Notes under the pieces: model-generated
Database searches by the model: none
What the model saw: only the letters and a program-made list of their open reading frames with translations
Told to the model about the DNA's origin: nothing
Program-made: the position numbers and the translations under genes
Part shown: positions 42,725-52,448 of the stretch, piece after piece
Position numbering within the stretch: the first letter of the stretch is position 1
Layout of the letters: the number at the start of each line of letters is the position of its first letter
IMG/VR virus record: IMGVR_UViG_3300010885_014887
Span: 4,464-68,463 of that record
From: a virus
Strand: one strand, 5' to 3'
Length of the DNA: 64,000 nucleotides

Positions 42725-43237
42725 AAATGGTATAAATTGCCATTCTGCCATTGCTCCGGTTGAAATATAAGATTTTATATTTTCTATCAGTAAATTCCAT
42801 TTAACATTTATTCTATATATATGATTTGTATCTTCTAATCCATCAACTGCAAATATTACCTTGCCGTTTAATTTTAAAAGATTTCCAATATCGATCCACC
42901 AAGAAGTATCTTGTACTCCGCCGTTAGTACATATGTCAATAGATATATCTGGATTATGTGTTAAAAACCATTTAATAATCTCTGGTAATTCTTTGTTCAT
43001 GGCAGGTTCTCCCATTACTCCAACAAATGAGAGACAACGTAAATTCTTAACAAATTCTTTCGATAGTCGTTCTTCAAAAAACTTTTTTGTTAAATTTACT
43101 TGTTTAAAAAAAGAAAGATCACCATTTCTACTTTCTCTTAGACAATGTGGACATCTTGCATTACATCTAGATGATGCTTCTATTTCTATTTTCTGTATAT
43201 CGGAATTATAAAACATTGTATTCTTCAAAAATAACAT
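42155..43237 (-). CDS. Radical SAM/SPASM-like protein (paralogue of 41092-42177)
   Basis: CNARCPHC, FVGVMGEP, CTNGG, FAVDGLEDTN; YPCC...CSIIC; the 3' end overlaps the paralogue by 23 bp. Confidence 0.9.
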   Translation of the reverse strand: MLFLKNTMFYNSDIQKIEIEASSRCNARCPHCLRESRNGDLSFFKQVNLTKKFFEERLSKEFVKNLRCLSFVGVMGEPAMNKELPEIIKWFLTHNPDISIDICTNGGVQDTSWWIDIGNLLKLNGKVIFAVDGLEDTNHIYRINVKWNLLIENIKSYISTGAMAEWQFIPFKHNEHQIEECRSISKSLGFNNFFIKKSHRNLINQPQNKKNKVENSTNPDYTYSGFNLDFNDMISVENYLNLTNIDCFSIQISHIYISAEGLVYPCCHTAGLMQIPDDFLPKGYDWVKHANQSINKDEIDLHKNDIKDIIQSTTFTKIKNSWNKSMNSGKNPICSIICGKFNNNNSIKETILTFNKNQSL

Positions 43238-43889
43238 TAAATTTTTTATCTTTTAATTTTTTTATATAAGGATTTAAAACTGATATATTATCACAATTAA
43301 TTAGCACTTCTTTTGAATTTATTTTTTCAAAACCAGTTATTAATCCTTTTTTAATAGATCTATTAAAAAATTTCATTAGTATTAAATATGCTTCATGTTT
43401 CCAATCAAATTCATCACTTTCAATTGATAGTATATATCCCGGAGATTTAAATTTAGGTAGCAATACTCTTACATTTAAATGTATTCTGTCTCTACTGCCA
43501 AAATTTGATGCCACATGTGTAAAACTAGTATCCATGTGATATATGGTTCCGTTGACTGGAATATGATAATTCTTATTATTATCAAAATCTATTAATAAGC
43601 AATATGGATTAGTAGTTATTGCTAAATGTAAACGATCGTCTGGATCACTGTGTGCTATATACGATTCTCCGGGAGAAAGTTTTAATAATCGTGCTTCACC
43701 GATATTACCTAGAGAATTTAACAAATCTCCCAAAGGCGAGTTTTGAAATTCGCTTTTAATATTGTAAGGACCACTTAATAATTTACCATCTGTTTCATTT
43801 AAAATTATACTACTGTTAAACAGTCCTATATCTTTAACTTGTTGAATTATTGGAACAATATCAACTTTTGTATCTAACTTGGTAATCAT
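43206..43889 (-). CDS. Fe(II)/2OG oxygenase (Asp/Asn beta-hydroxylase-like)
   Basis: ARLLKLSPGESYIAHSD...RLHLAITTN...THVASNFGSRDRIHL. Confidence 0.8.
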   Translation of the reverse strand: MITKLDTKVDIVPIIQQVKDIGLFNSSIILNETDGKLLSGPYNIKSEFQNSPLGDLLNSLGNIGEARLLKLSPGESYIAHSDPDDRLHLAITTNPYCLLIDFDNNKNYHIPVNGTIYHMDTSFTHVASNFGSRDRIHLNVRVLLPKFKSPGYILSIESDEFDWKHEAYLILMKFFNRSIKKGLITGFEKINSKEVLINCDNISVLNPYIKKLKDKKFNVIFEEYNVL

Positions 43890-43928
43890 GAAATATTTAT
43901 TTGAATATTATTACTGGGTAAATATTCC
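43890..43928. promoter_or_regulatory. Divergent pair of TAAATA (T4-late-like) promoter motifs
   Basis: Minus strand: ATAAATA (43894-43900) 4 nt before ATG. Plus strand: GTAAATA (43918-43924) 4 nt before ATG. Confidence 0.45.
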
Positions 43929-44786
43929 ATGGGTAGGAAAAAAATAGCATGTATTTATGATACTTCTGAACTAGAAGTTGATAGACCTCAACCCTTAACG
44001 GATTCTAAGATAGAAGAGTTAATAAACAATATTATTTCTAAAAAAATGAAACATGATATAACTGATCAAATATATGAAGATTTTAAAATAGAAATGTGTA
44101 ATTGGTTAAAAAAATCTACATTAAATAACTTAGTTGGATTAGATACTTTTAATCGAATTGATATTTGTAATGGTTGTACCCAATTTATTGATTCTATATA
44201 TATGAGAACAACTCCTCAGGTTTTTTTAGGAGATTACAAATATCATGAAAGATTAAATAAAAATATCCAATATAGTGAAACAGGAAAACTAAAAGAAAAT
44301 AGTCCATTGCTAATTGCTATGCCTTTTCCATTATCTGGTTCCCCACATAGTCAAATGTCTAAAATATTAGATGAATGTTTAGAAAAAAATATAGATGTTT
44401 ATATAGATGGTGCTTGGATAACTTGTTGTAGAGATATTGAATTTAATTTTTCGCATCCAGCAATAAAAGAAGTTGCTATTAGTCTTAGTAAAGGTTTAGG
44501 ATTAGGATGGAATAGAATTGGATTAAGATGGACTAAAAATATAGAGCCAGATTCAATTAGTATAATGAATGATTTTCATATGAACAATAGAGTATTAGTT
44601 ATTATAGGATTATATTTTTTAAGGAATTTACCCGTTGATTATCTTTGGAAGATACACGAAAATTCTTATTATAAAATTTGTTCAGACTTTAATTTGACCC
44701 CAACAAATGCTATACATTTAGCTCTTAAAGATAACAGTCCTGTCGGAATAAGTCCACTTATAAGGTATTTAGAAAAATATGTATGA
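43929..44786 (+). CDS. PLP-dependent fold-type-I enzyme (aminotransferase/decarboxylase-like)
   Basis: NGCTQFID, VYIDGAW (Asp-x-Ala), ISLSKGLGLGWNRIG (PLP lysine SxSK...RxG). Confidence 0.7.
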   Translation: MGRKKIACIYDTSELEVDRPQPLTDSKIEELINNIISKKMKHDITDQIYEDFKIEMCNWLKKSTLNNLVGLDTFNRIDICNGCTQFIDSIYMRTTPQVFLGDYKYHERLNKNIQYSETGKLKENSPLLIAMPFPLSGSPHSQMSKILDECLEKNIDVYIDGAWITCCRDIEFNFSHPAIKEVAISLSKGLGLGWNRIGLRWTKNIEPDSISIMNDFHMNNRVLVIIGLYFLRNLPVDYLWKIHENSYYKICSDFNLTPTNAIHLALKDNSPVGISPLIRYLEKYV

Positions 44787-45504
44787 TAATAACATTGATA
44801 ATGTAAATATACCATTTTCAAAAAAATGGAACAGTATTGCTATTGGATTAAGTGGCGGAGCAGATAGTGCTTTATTAGCATACTTATTATGTACACTTGT
44901 TGATAAGCAAATGGTACATATTATATCTCACACACGAATGTGGAAAACTCGTCCATGGCAAGGATATGATAGTATTAATGTTTTTATGTGGTTAACATCT
45001 CGATTTCCTAATATTAGATTTGAAAGACATATAAATTTTATAGCACCTGATATAGAATACGGAAATATAGGACCTTCTATAACAGATGAATATGGAAAAC
45101 TAGTTAGTGGAGATAATATACAACAACGAGCCTATGCTGAATATATTTGTCATTATAATAATATTGATGCGTATTACAATGCTGTAACAAGAAATCCTAG
45201 AAATATAGATTTATTAGGAATGGCCGAGCGAGATATAGAACCTAACGAACAAAATCAACATTTATCAATAATGAAACATATGGGAGTGTGGGCGATACAC
45301 CCATTTAGATTTGTTGAAAAATCTTGGATAGTAAAACAATATAAAGATTATGATATTATGGATCTCTTTGATTTAACTAGAAGTTGTGAAGGAGAATTTG
45401 AAGGTTTAGATTATAAGACATATAGCGTAGGGGAAAAAATTCCAGAATGTAGAGTTTGTTTTTGGTGTAAAGAACGTGAGTGGGCAATTGAACAAAATAA
45501 GTAA
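44779..45504 (+). CDS. QueC-like PP-loop ATPase
   Basis: IAIGLSGGADS PP-loop; HPF...KSWIV; C-terminal TRSC...CRVCFWCKER Zn site as in the QueC family. Confidence 0.7.
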   Translation: MYDNNIDNVNIPFSKKWNSIAIGLSGGADSALLAYLLCTLVDKQMVHIISHTRMWKTRPWQGYDSINVFMWLTSRFPNIRFERHINFIAPDIEYGNIGPSITDEYGKLVSGDNIQQRAYAEYICHYNNIDAYYNAVTRNPRNIDLLGMAERDIEPNEQNQHLSIMKHMGVWAIHPFRFVEKSWIVKQYKDYDIMDLFDLTRSCEGEFEGLDYKTYSVGEKIPECRVCFWCKEREWAIEQNK

Positions 45505-46756
45505 AACTTTTTGTATGCATCCTTTTACAGGATTAGCAACAAGAGGCGACGGTGCTATACTAGCATGTTGTCGAAGCCAACCTATTGGGTGGATACAAGA
45601 TAATTCTTTAGAAGACATTTGGAATAATGATACTATAAGAAGTATTCGACATAAAGTATTAAATGATGAAAGACCTAATGAATGTTCTGCTTGTTTTAAT
45701 TTAGAAGATCAAAATGTAGAAAGTTTACGACAACGACATATAAAAAATAATATTCCTGAATCTCGGGTTAATCTTTATCCAAATGCTTTGTTAAAGTTAG
45801 AAGATGATTTTTCTATGCCTTTTGAGATCCCTACAATGGAAATTAAACTTAATAATCTCTGTAATTTAAAATGTAAAATGTGTCATCCATTAGATAGTAC
45901 TAGTTGGAATGATTGGAATCAAGTAGAATCTTTTTATAAAGACGAAGACAACTTTATGGTCGAAGCAATCAATAATCTTAACCTCAAGAAAAAACCGTAT
46001 TTAGATTTTTTTGATGATAACCCTAATTGGTGGAATAGTTTTGAAAAAATAATACCATATTTTCAAAGGGCAGAGTTTGCAGGTGGGGAGCCGTTAATGG
46101 ATCCACAACATTATCGTATTTTAGACATGTTAGCACCATACGGTCATCAGATTGAAATCAAGTATGCTACTAATATGAGTGTATTAGGAATAAAAGGTGG
46201 AAGATCAGTTTGGGACTATTGGCCTAAATTTAAAAGCGTTGCAGTAAATGTTAGTATAGACGGTATAGGTGAATCATACGAACATATTAGAAGTAATGCT
46301 AACTGGAATATTATGGTAGAAAATATTAAACATATACAAACCATACCTAATATTACTCGTATCGTAGGTGCAGTATGTGTTCAAGCCGGAAATATAATGA
46401 TATTAGACGAAATGATTGAATATTTTCTTGACGATTTAGGAATAGTATTCTACAACAATCATTGTGAGTATCCAAATCTATTATCAGCACAAGTCATTCC
46501 ATATGATTTAAAAATAAAGGCTATAGAAAAATTAGAAGCAATTAAACCGAAACTTAAAGAGTTTAAATTGATTAAAGAAAAACCAATATTGTTAGATATA
46601 ACTACAAAATTAATCAACGGAAATATTAACTATCTTAAATCTAGAGATCAAAGTCATTTATGGAAAAAATATTTAGAATTTAATAAAAAATTAGATGCAG
46701 TTAGGAATCAAAAATCTATCACAGATATTGTTCCGGAATTTTTAGATTATGTATAA
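45476..46756 (+). CDS. Radical SAM protein with N-terminal twitch/SPASM-like domain
   Basis: CNLKCKMC, EFAGGEP, YATN; N-terminal CMHPF...ACC...LEDIWN...CSAC. Exact start uncertain. Confidence 0.9.
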   Translation: MSGQLNKISKTFCMHPFTGLATRGDGAILACCRSQPIGWIQDNSLEDIWNNDTIRSIRHKVLNDERPNECSACFNLEDQNVESLRQRHIKNNIPESRVNLYPNALLKLEDDFSMPFEIPTMEIKLNNLCNLKCKMCHPLDSTSWNDWNQVESFYKDEDNFMVEAINNLNLKKKPYLDFFDDNPNWWNSFEKIIPYFQRAEFAGGEPLMDPQHYRILDMLAPYGHQIEIKYATNMSVLGIKGGRSVWDYWPKFKSVAVNVSIDGIGESYEHIRSNANWNIMVENIKHIQTIPNITRIVGAVCVQAGNIMILDEMIEYFLDDLGIVFYNNHCEYPNLLSAQVIPYDLKIKAIEKLEAIKPKLKEFKLIKEKPILLDITTKLINGNINYLKSRDQSHLWKKYLEFNKKLDAVRNQKSITDIVPEFLDYV

Positions 46757-47645
46757 AATAAATTCTAAGTGGAAGCATCAAGACTCTATTAAAATAGAAT
46801 GGAATCTAGGTAAACGCTGTAATCTAGATTGCGGTTATTGTCCAGAATATATACACGATAACCACAGTCCACATACAGACATAGAAGTACTTAAACATAC
46901 TGTGGCGGTTTTAAACGCATTAGAGAAGCCTGTACGTCTAAGTCTTACAGGAGGCGAGCCTAGCGTACATCCTCAGATAGAAGAGCTTCTAGAGTCTATA
47001 AATGCTGCCAATAATATAGTGTGGTTAAGTATGACCACTAATGCTACACGCACAGGAAAGTGGTATGTAGATCAATCAAAATATGTAGATCAATATGTAT
47101 TCAGTCTCCATTATGAAAAAAACAGTAAAACATCACTCGAACATATTATAGCATTTCATTCTGCCAAAACCGATACAAAAATTCTAGTCCATATTATGGC
47201 ACATCACAAATATATGCAAGAAGTAAAAGGTGGAGTTTTTAGTTGTAAGGCATTTGAAATTCCATATGTTATTAGGCGGATACGATGGACAGAAGGTAAT
47301 CATGATCTATTTGATGACATGAGATACGATTATCATGATTTAGAATGGATTAAACAATCTACTAAAACCGCAGAACCAAACTGTATAATCGACAATGATG
47401 AATTGTTACATGCTAATGATGTAATTAAATCACATATGAATCAATTCAATGGGTGGTCATGTAATGCGGGAATAGAAAGTTTAATGATTAACTGGGACGG
47501 CGAGGTCCATAGAGCAACATGTCGTGTAGGGGGGTCTTTAGGAAATATCTATAATAGAACTTTTATAGTTCCTAAAGATACTATTACATGTACAAGGAAT
47601 TGGTGTACCTGTGAAGCCGATATACCGCTAACTAAATGGAAATAA
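46749..47645 (+). CDS. Radical SAM protein with C-terminal Cys cluster
   Basis: CNLDCGYC, LTGGEP, MTTN; FNGWSCNAG...ATC...CTRNWCTC. Confidence 0.9.
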   Translation: MYKINSKWKHQDSIKIEWNLGKRCNLDCGYCPEYIHDNHSPHTDIEVLKHTVAVLNALEKPVRLSLTGGEPSVHPQIEELLESINAANNIVWLSMTTNATRTGKWYVDQSKYVDQYVFSLHYEKNSKTSLEHIIAFHSAKTDTKILVHIMAHHKYMQEVKGGVFSCKAFEIPYVIRRIRWTEGNHDLFDDMRYDYHDLEWIKQSTKTAEPNCIIDNDELLHANDVIKSHMNQFNGWSCNAGIESLMINWDGEVHRATCRVGGSLGNIYNRTFIVPKDTITCTRNWCTCEADIPLTKWK

Positions 47646-47649
47646 TTAG

Positions 47650-48489
47650 ATGAAGATAACAAATTTAGATCCTAAGAAGTATAAAAGATTTTTTGCGTTT
47701 GGTTGTAGTTATACAAATTACATATGGCCAACTTGGGCAGATATTATAGGACAAGATATTGAATTTTATGAAAATTGGGGTCATCCTGGTGCAGGTAACT
47801 ATTTTATTTTTAATAGTATAATTGAAGCGGATACTAGATATAATTTTAATTCTGATGATTTAATCATAGTAATGTGGTCTACGAAAGAACGTGAGGATAG
47901 ATATTCTAATGGAAATTGGATCCATGCTACAAATATAGGAATAGAAGAAATATATGGAAAAGAATGGGTTGATCGATTTTATATTGATTCTAGGTCTCAA
48001 TTAATTAGAGATCTTGCTTATATGAAATCTATACCTTTAATTTTAGAACATAAGAATACTAATTGGTCAACTATGTCTTGGAATGAGAATATGAATAGTT
48101 CTTCTCTTCGACCATTTTTCCATAGATTACAAAGTAAAAAGAAAAAAGACGAAATGATAGATATATGGAAGAAAAACAGTAAAGACGTATATAATGGTAA
48201 AGATATACCAGAAATGATAGACGATAAAGATGTTATAAAATTATATCAAGATGTTTTTGTTAATATGACTAGCGTATTTGTATGGTTCCGTGATATATAC
48301 TTGAAAGATCGTAAAGCACCCAACGATGATCTACATCCAATGCCACAGGAAGCATTATCATTTTTAGACTGGGTTTGGCCAAACAATACAATTAGTAATG
48401 AATCTAGAGAATATGTAAAATTTTGGAGTACGAAAATTTTTGATGAAATAGATAACACTAAACCTATCTTTAAACCTAATCGTTTATAA
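47650..48489 (+). CDS. SGNH-like hydrolase/acyltransferase
   Basis: FFAFGCSYT, NWGHPGAGN, DLHP (DxH). Confidence 0.65.
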   Translation: MKITNLDPKKYKRFFAFGCSYTNYIWPTWADIIGQDIEFYENWGHPGAGNYFIFNSIIEADTRYNFNSDDLIIVMWSTKEREDRYSNGNWIHATNIGIEEIYGKEWVDRFYIDSRSQLIRDLAYMKSIPLILEHKNTNWSTMSWNENMNSSSLRPFFHRLQSKKKKDEMIDIWKKNSKDVYNGKDIPEMIDDKDVIKLYQDVFVNMTSVFVWFRDIYLKDRKAPNDDLHPMPQEALSFLDWVWPNNTISNESREYVKFWSTKIFDEIDNTKPIFKPNRL

Positions 48490-49485
48490 TTTAGATTTTG
48501 TTACATGTGTATCTGGTTGGCAAGTGCAACTATTCATACTACATATACTAGATATATTAATAGGTAATTCTTGTTTAATAAAATTATCATTTAATATATT
48601 ATATGATTTTGTTTTTCCAAATAATATCTGACCGCAGCTACCTTTAATATCTCCATTCCAACTTACATATATGGCTTCTTGATTAATATTACAATTCCAT
48701 CCGCGAAAATTAGTATATCCATTATTGATATAAGTTGAATTTCCTGCTTGTATTTTTTTACCATTATCTAAAGTTGCTATACTTCTAGGGTATCTAATAT
48801 TATAATTAGTTAATAATTTAATATTTTTAGAAAACCAAAAAAGATTAGGTAATCTTTTTAATTCTTTTTCTAGATATATGAGTTGAGAATTGTTATATTC
48901 TATTTTAACTAATTCTGTATCAACTACTGGTTTTGCTTCGATAAACCAACTATGTTTACTATTATTTTTCATGTAATTAATTGCTGCTACACAATCATCC
49001 CATTGATTGGGATCCATTAACACTGGAACTGTGACTTTTTTTCCTTGTTCATAAAGTATATCTGCTACTTCTATATGATGATCTATATTAGAATCTTTTA
49101 TATGGAATGACAATACAGCATTATCGATAAATTTACCATAAGTATTCCACCATCGTACAGATCTAGAAGCATTTGAAACTACGGATATGTATATATTATC
49201 TTTTTTAATTTCTTTTAGGAATATACCAAAGTTTTTCCATAGTGTTGGTTCTCCTCCAGTAATAAAAAAATGAAAGTTAGTTTTACCTAATTTTTTTGTA
49301 TATTGATCAAAAAGATGATTAAAGCTATTAACAAGCAAACTAATATTATCAATTGTTGGATGTGTCCTAGCATTAGAATCTGGAAAGCAATATCTACAAG
49401 AGAAATTACATACGTTATTTACGCCCCATCTTACTTCTAACGTGTTATCTGGTTGTGTTGATTTTATACTTACTGGATATGTCAT
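48484..49485 (-). CDS. Radical SAM protein with C-terminal Cys cluster
   Basis: CNFSCRYC, ITGGEP, VVSN; FRGWNC...GSC...CSMNSCTC. Confidence 0.9.
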   Translation of the reverse strand: MTYPVSIKSTQPDNTLEVRWGVNNVCNFSCRYCFPDSNARTHPTIDNISLLVNSFNHLFDQYTKKLGKTNFHFFITGGEPTLWKNFGIFLKEIKKDNIYISVVSNASRSVRWWNTYGKFIDNAVLSFHIKDSNIDHHIEVADILYEQGKKVTVPVLMDPNQWDDCVAAINYMKNNSKHSWFIEAKPVVDTELVKIEYNNSQLIYLEKELKRLPNLFWFSKNIKLLTNYNIRYPRSIATLDNGKKIQAGNSTYINNGYTNFRGWNCNINQEAIYVSWNGDIKGSCGQILFGKTKSYNILNDNFIKQELPINISSICSMNSCTCQPDTHVTKSKL

Positions 49486-50867
49486 AATAGATGAGAAATT
49501 TCCGGAAATATTTCACGAGATTTAGTATGTCGTATGTTGTCTAAATTATTTACATATTCCTTAAAATCAGGCAATAGATATGTGTGATCCTCGGCATTAA
49601 TAAACCTCAATATGGCTTCCCATCTTTTCCAACCGTAGGGATTTTCTTTCCAAAAGTTGTCATCCTGTCTATAATTATTCCATAACCAATCTTTAAAATC
49701 ATGAAACATAATTTGAATTTTTTCTTTATCTTCTTTTGGTAAAATTCTAGCACTAAGGAATGTTGGAATGTAGAGTAGATGTAAGTTTATAATACCACCA
49801 CCTGCTTCATATTGATCCATTTTAAATTTGTTTATTTTTTTAAAATTTTGATTTAATTTCCATTTAGCAAAATCTATAATATGATTAATATTGAATATTT
49901 GTACAGCACAGGCTATGTGTACATGGATATTATCGGGAGTATTATCTAAAAGTTTTAAACTTTTTTCTATATCATTCCAATTAGTAGGGTATCTAATATA
50001 CCAATTTTTTTCAAACAGCGCATCGATACTAAAGGCAAATCTAACCTGTCTAAATTTTGACCATATTTTTATTATTTCATTGTCGACCATTATTCCGTTA
50101 GAATTGTATCTTAACATGATTTTATCACTATATCCTAGGCGTATAATTTCATCTAGAAATTTTCTATGTTCTTTGATTATTAATGGTTCACCACCTGCAA
50201 AATAAATCTGACTTATATTAGGAATTTGATCAAATATCTCTTGCCAAAATTCTGGTTTCTTATACCAGAAATTATTAAATTCTTTTTTATCCCAACTAAT
50301 CTGATTTATAACTACCTCACTCTTTGTAGCATCAATCATTTTTGAGTGATCTTCTATCCACTTACTACTATCGTGAGGACTACACATTACACATTTAAGA
50401 TTACAAGTATGACCTAATCTCAAATCTAAATATCGTATAACTGGCGGAACTATTCCGTCTTCGGATGTTTCGTCAATTAATTTGTTAAAATCTAAACCTT
50501 CTTTATTCCATTCGTATAGTTCCCAAAGACGTTTACTTACAACACCATTTGATTCTTCTTCAAAACACTTAGTACAACTAGCAGGAATATTTCCTGCTAA
50601 CATAGTTTTCCTAACATCTTTCATATATTCATTGTTAAAAGCATTAAGCGGTGTATCTTTTCCAAAATTAGCAGTCTCTCCGTTTTCTTTTTTAACTAAT
50701 CCTACAGAATGATCTCCAGTATGTGCTCCACTAGCATTAGTAACGCAACATAGTCTAGCATCACCATTTGGGCGAGTGGCTAGATGTATCCAAGGTAGTA
50801 CACAAAATGTACAAGAACCAGTTCGCTCTTTAATCATTTGACTATATTCTTTAATTTTATCTTTCAC
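49482..50867 (-). CDS. Radical SAM protein with N-terminal twitch/SPASM-like domain
   Basis: CNLKCVMC, YFAGGEP, YNSNG; N-terminal CVLPW...LCC...CTKC. Confidence 0.9.
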   Translation of the reverse strand: MKDKIKEYSQMIKERTGSCTFCVLPWIHLATRPNGDARLCCVTNASGAHTGDHSVGLVKKENGETANFGKDTPLNAFNNEYMKDVRKTMLAGNIPASCTKCFEEESNGVVSKRLWELYEWNKEGLDFNKLIDETSEDGIVPPVIRYLDLRLGHTCNLKCVMCSPHDSSKWIEDHSKMIDATKSEVVINQISWDKKEFNNFWYKKPEFWQEIFDQIPNISQIYFAGGEPLIIKEHRKFLDEIIRLGYSDKIMLRYNSNGIMVDNEIIKIWSKFRQVRFAFSIDALFEKNWYIRYPTNWNDIEKSLKLLDNTPDNIHVHIACAVQIFNINHIIDFAKWKLNQNFKKINKFKMDQYEAGGGIINLHLLYIPTFLSARILPKEDKEKIQIMFHDFKDWLWNNYRQDDNFWKENPYGWKRWEAILRFINAEDHTYLLPDFKEYVNNLDNIRHTKSREIFPEISHLL

Positions 50868-50963
50868 TATTTACTTAGTAATTAAATATTTTTGAAGAAA
50901 TAAATAATAAAATCTACCTAAATAGATAATTTATCTTCAAAAAATATTCTAATAAATACAGAT

Positions 50964-52448
50964 ATGACACATCATGGACTTATATTTCCTTGTAATTTTT
51001 TAAATATGCAAAGATTCCTAGGAGCATATCGGATAGCATCTTTTTTACGTGAAAACAATTGGGATGTAGAAGTGATTGATTTTATGAAATTTTTTACGCT
51101 AGATGAACTGAAAGAAATCACAAAATCTAGAGTAAATTTAGAAACTAAATTCATAGGATTCTCTACATTATATAATGTATGGAATGATACGCTAGAAGAT
51201 TTTATATCGTGGATAAAACTAACCTATCCTGATATACTGATCATAGTTGGTGGACAATACTGTGAAGTCCTTAATTTGAATGCTGATTATTATGTTGGCG
51301 GGTATGGCGAGAATTCTATATTAGCAATATTAAATTATCATTTTACAAATAGTAATGAAGAATTAAAACTAGATCCTAAGTGGTTATCGCAATCTAAAAA
51401 CGTTGTTCAAAATGTTTATTATCCATCTGCCCCAATGAAAAGTCTATTGGTAAAATATGAAGATAGAGATTTTATTGAGCCAAATGAATGGCTCTTTATG
51501 GAATTTAGTAGAGGATGTATATTTAAATGTGATTTCTGTAACGTTCCAATGATGGGTGTAAAGGGAGACTGGACACGAGATGCAGAAGATTTTGAATTAC
51601 AGATGAGAGATACATATGAACGATTCGGAGTTAAAAATTATTATACTACTGACGAAACGTTCAATGACTCAACTGAAAAACTTCAAAAATATGCCGAAGT
51701 AGTTAAAAGATTAGATTTTGATCCAATCTTTTCAGGTTGTCTTAGGGCAGATCTTTTAATCAGTAGATTGTCAGATAGAGAATTATTAGGAGAAATGGGA
51801 TTTATTTCTCATTTCTATGGTATAGAAACATTTAATCATCCTTCTGGAAAATCGATAGGTAAAGGAATGCATCCAGATAGACTTAAAGAAGGTTTATTGG
51901 ATTTACAATCTTATTATAAAAAACAAGGCCCGTATAGAGGACATATATCTATGATAATTGGATTACCTCAAGAAACAGAAGAGACTATCGCACAATCTGT
52001 TGATTGGATTTTTAATAATTGGCAAGGCGAGTCAATGTCTTTCTTACCATTAGAGATATCAGATAAAACACGCAAAAATACAGTAGAAAATCATATCAGT
52101 GCATTATCTAGAAATCCGGAAAAATACGGATATAGGAAATCAAATTTAGAAATTCCTCCAGATAACTTTTATATAAAGAAACATCATATAAGATTAAAAT
52201 TTGCTCAAACTATTTACAATTGGCACAGTGACGGTCTTTCTTATGTACGTGCTTGTGAATTAGCAGATAACATTTTTAGAGAAAGTTTACAAAAAGATTT
52301 TAGATTAGGTACTTATAATTTACATAATCCAGGGATAACAGACATAAATGAAATATTAGAATACCCCCAAAGGATGGAAAATACATGGAAAATTGAATTA
52401 GATGCTGTCGAAAAATATAAAGAAAAAAAAATAAATTATAAAGAATAA
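50964..52448 (+). CDS. B12-binding-domain radical SAM protein (class B methyltransferase-like)
   Basis: N-terminal LGAYRIASFLRENNWDVEVID...IGFS...IIVGG cobalamin-domain pattern; EFSRGCIFKCDFC; TDETFN; GIETF; IIGLPQET. Confidence 0.85.
   Translation: MTHHGLIFPCNFLNMQRFLGAYRIASFLRENNWDVEVIDFMKFFTLDELKEITKSRVNLETKFIGFSTLYNVWNDTLEDFISWIKLTYPDILIIVGGQYCEVLNLNADYYVGGYGENSILAILNYHFTNSNEELKLDPKWLSQSKNVVQNVYYPSAPMKSLLVKYEDRDFIEPNEWLFMEFSRGCIFKCDFCNVPMMGVKGDWTRDAEDFELQMRDTYERFGVKNYYTTDETFNDSTEKLQKYAEVVKRLDFDPIFSGCLRADLLISRLSDRELLGEMGFISHFYGIETFNHPSGKSIGKGMHPDRLKEGLLDLQSYYKKQGPYRGHISMIIGLPQETEETIAQSVDWIFNNWQGESMSFLPLEISDKTRKNTVENHISALSRNPEKYGYRKSNLEIPPDNFYIKKHHIRLKFAQTIYNWHSDGLSYVRACELADNIFRESLQKDFRLGTYNLHNPGITDINEILEYPQRMENTWKIELDAVEKYKEKKINYKE

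Noticed and set aside
44779-45504. 7-deazaguanine DNA modification system
   Set aside because: Only a QueC-like gene is seen. No FolE, QueD, DpdA or QueE-type (Cx14CxxC or short) partner is recognisable in the window.
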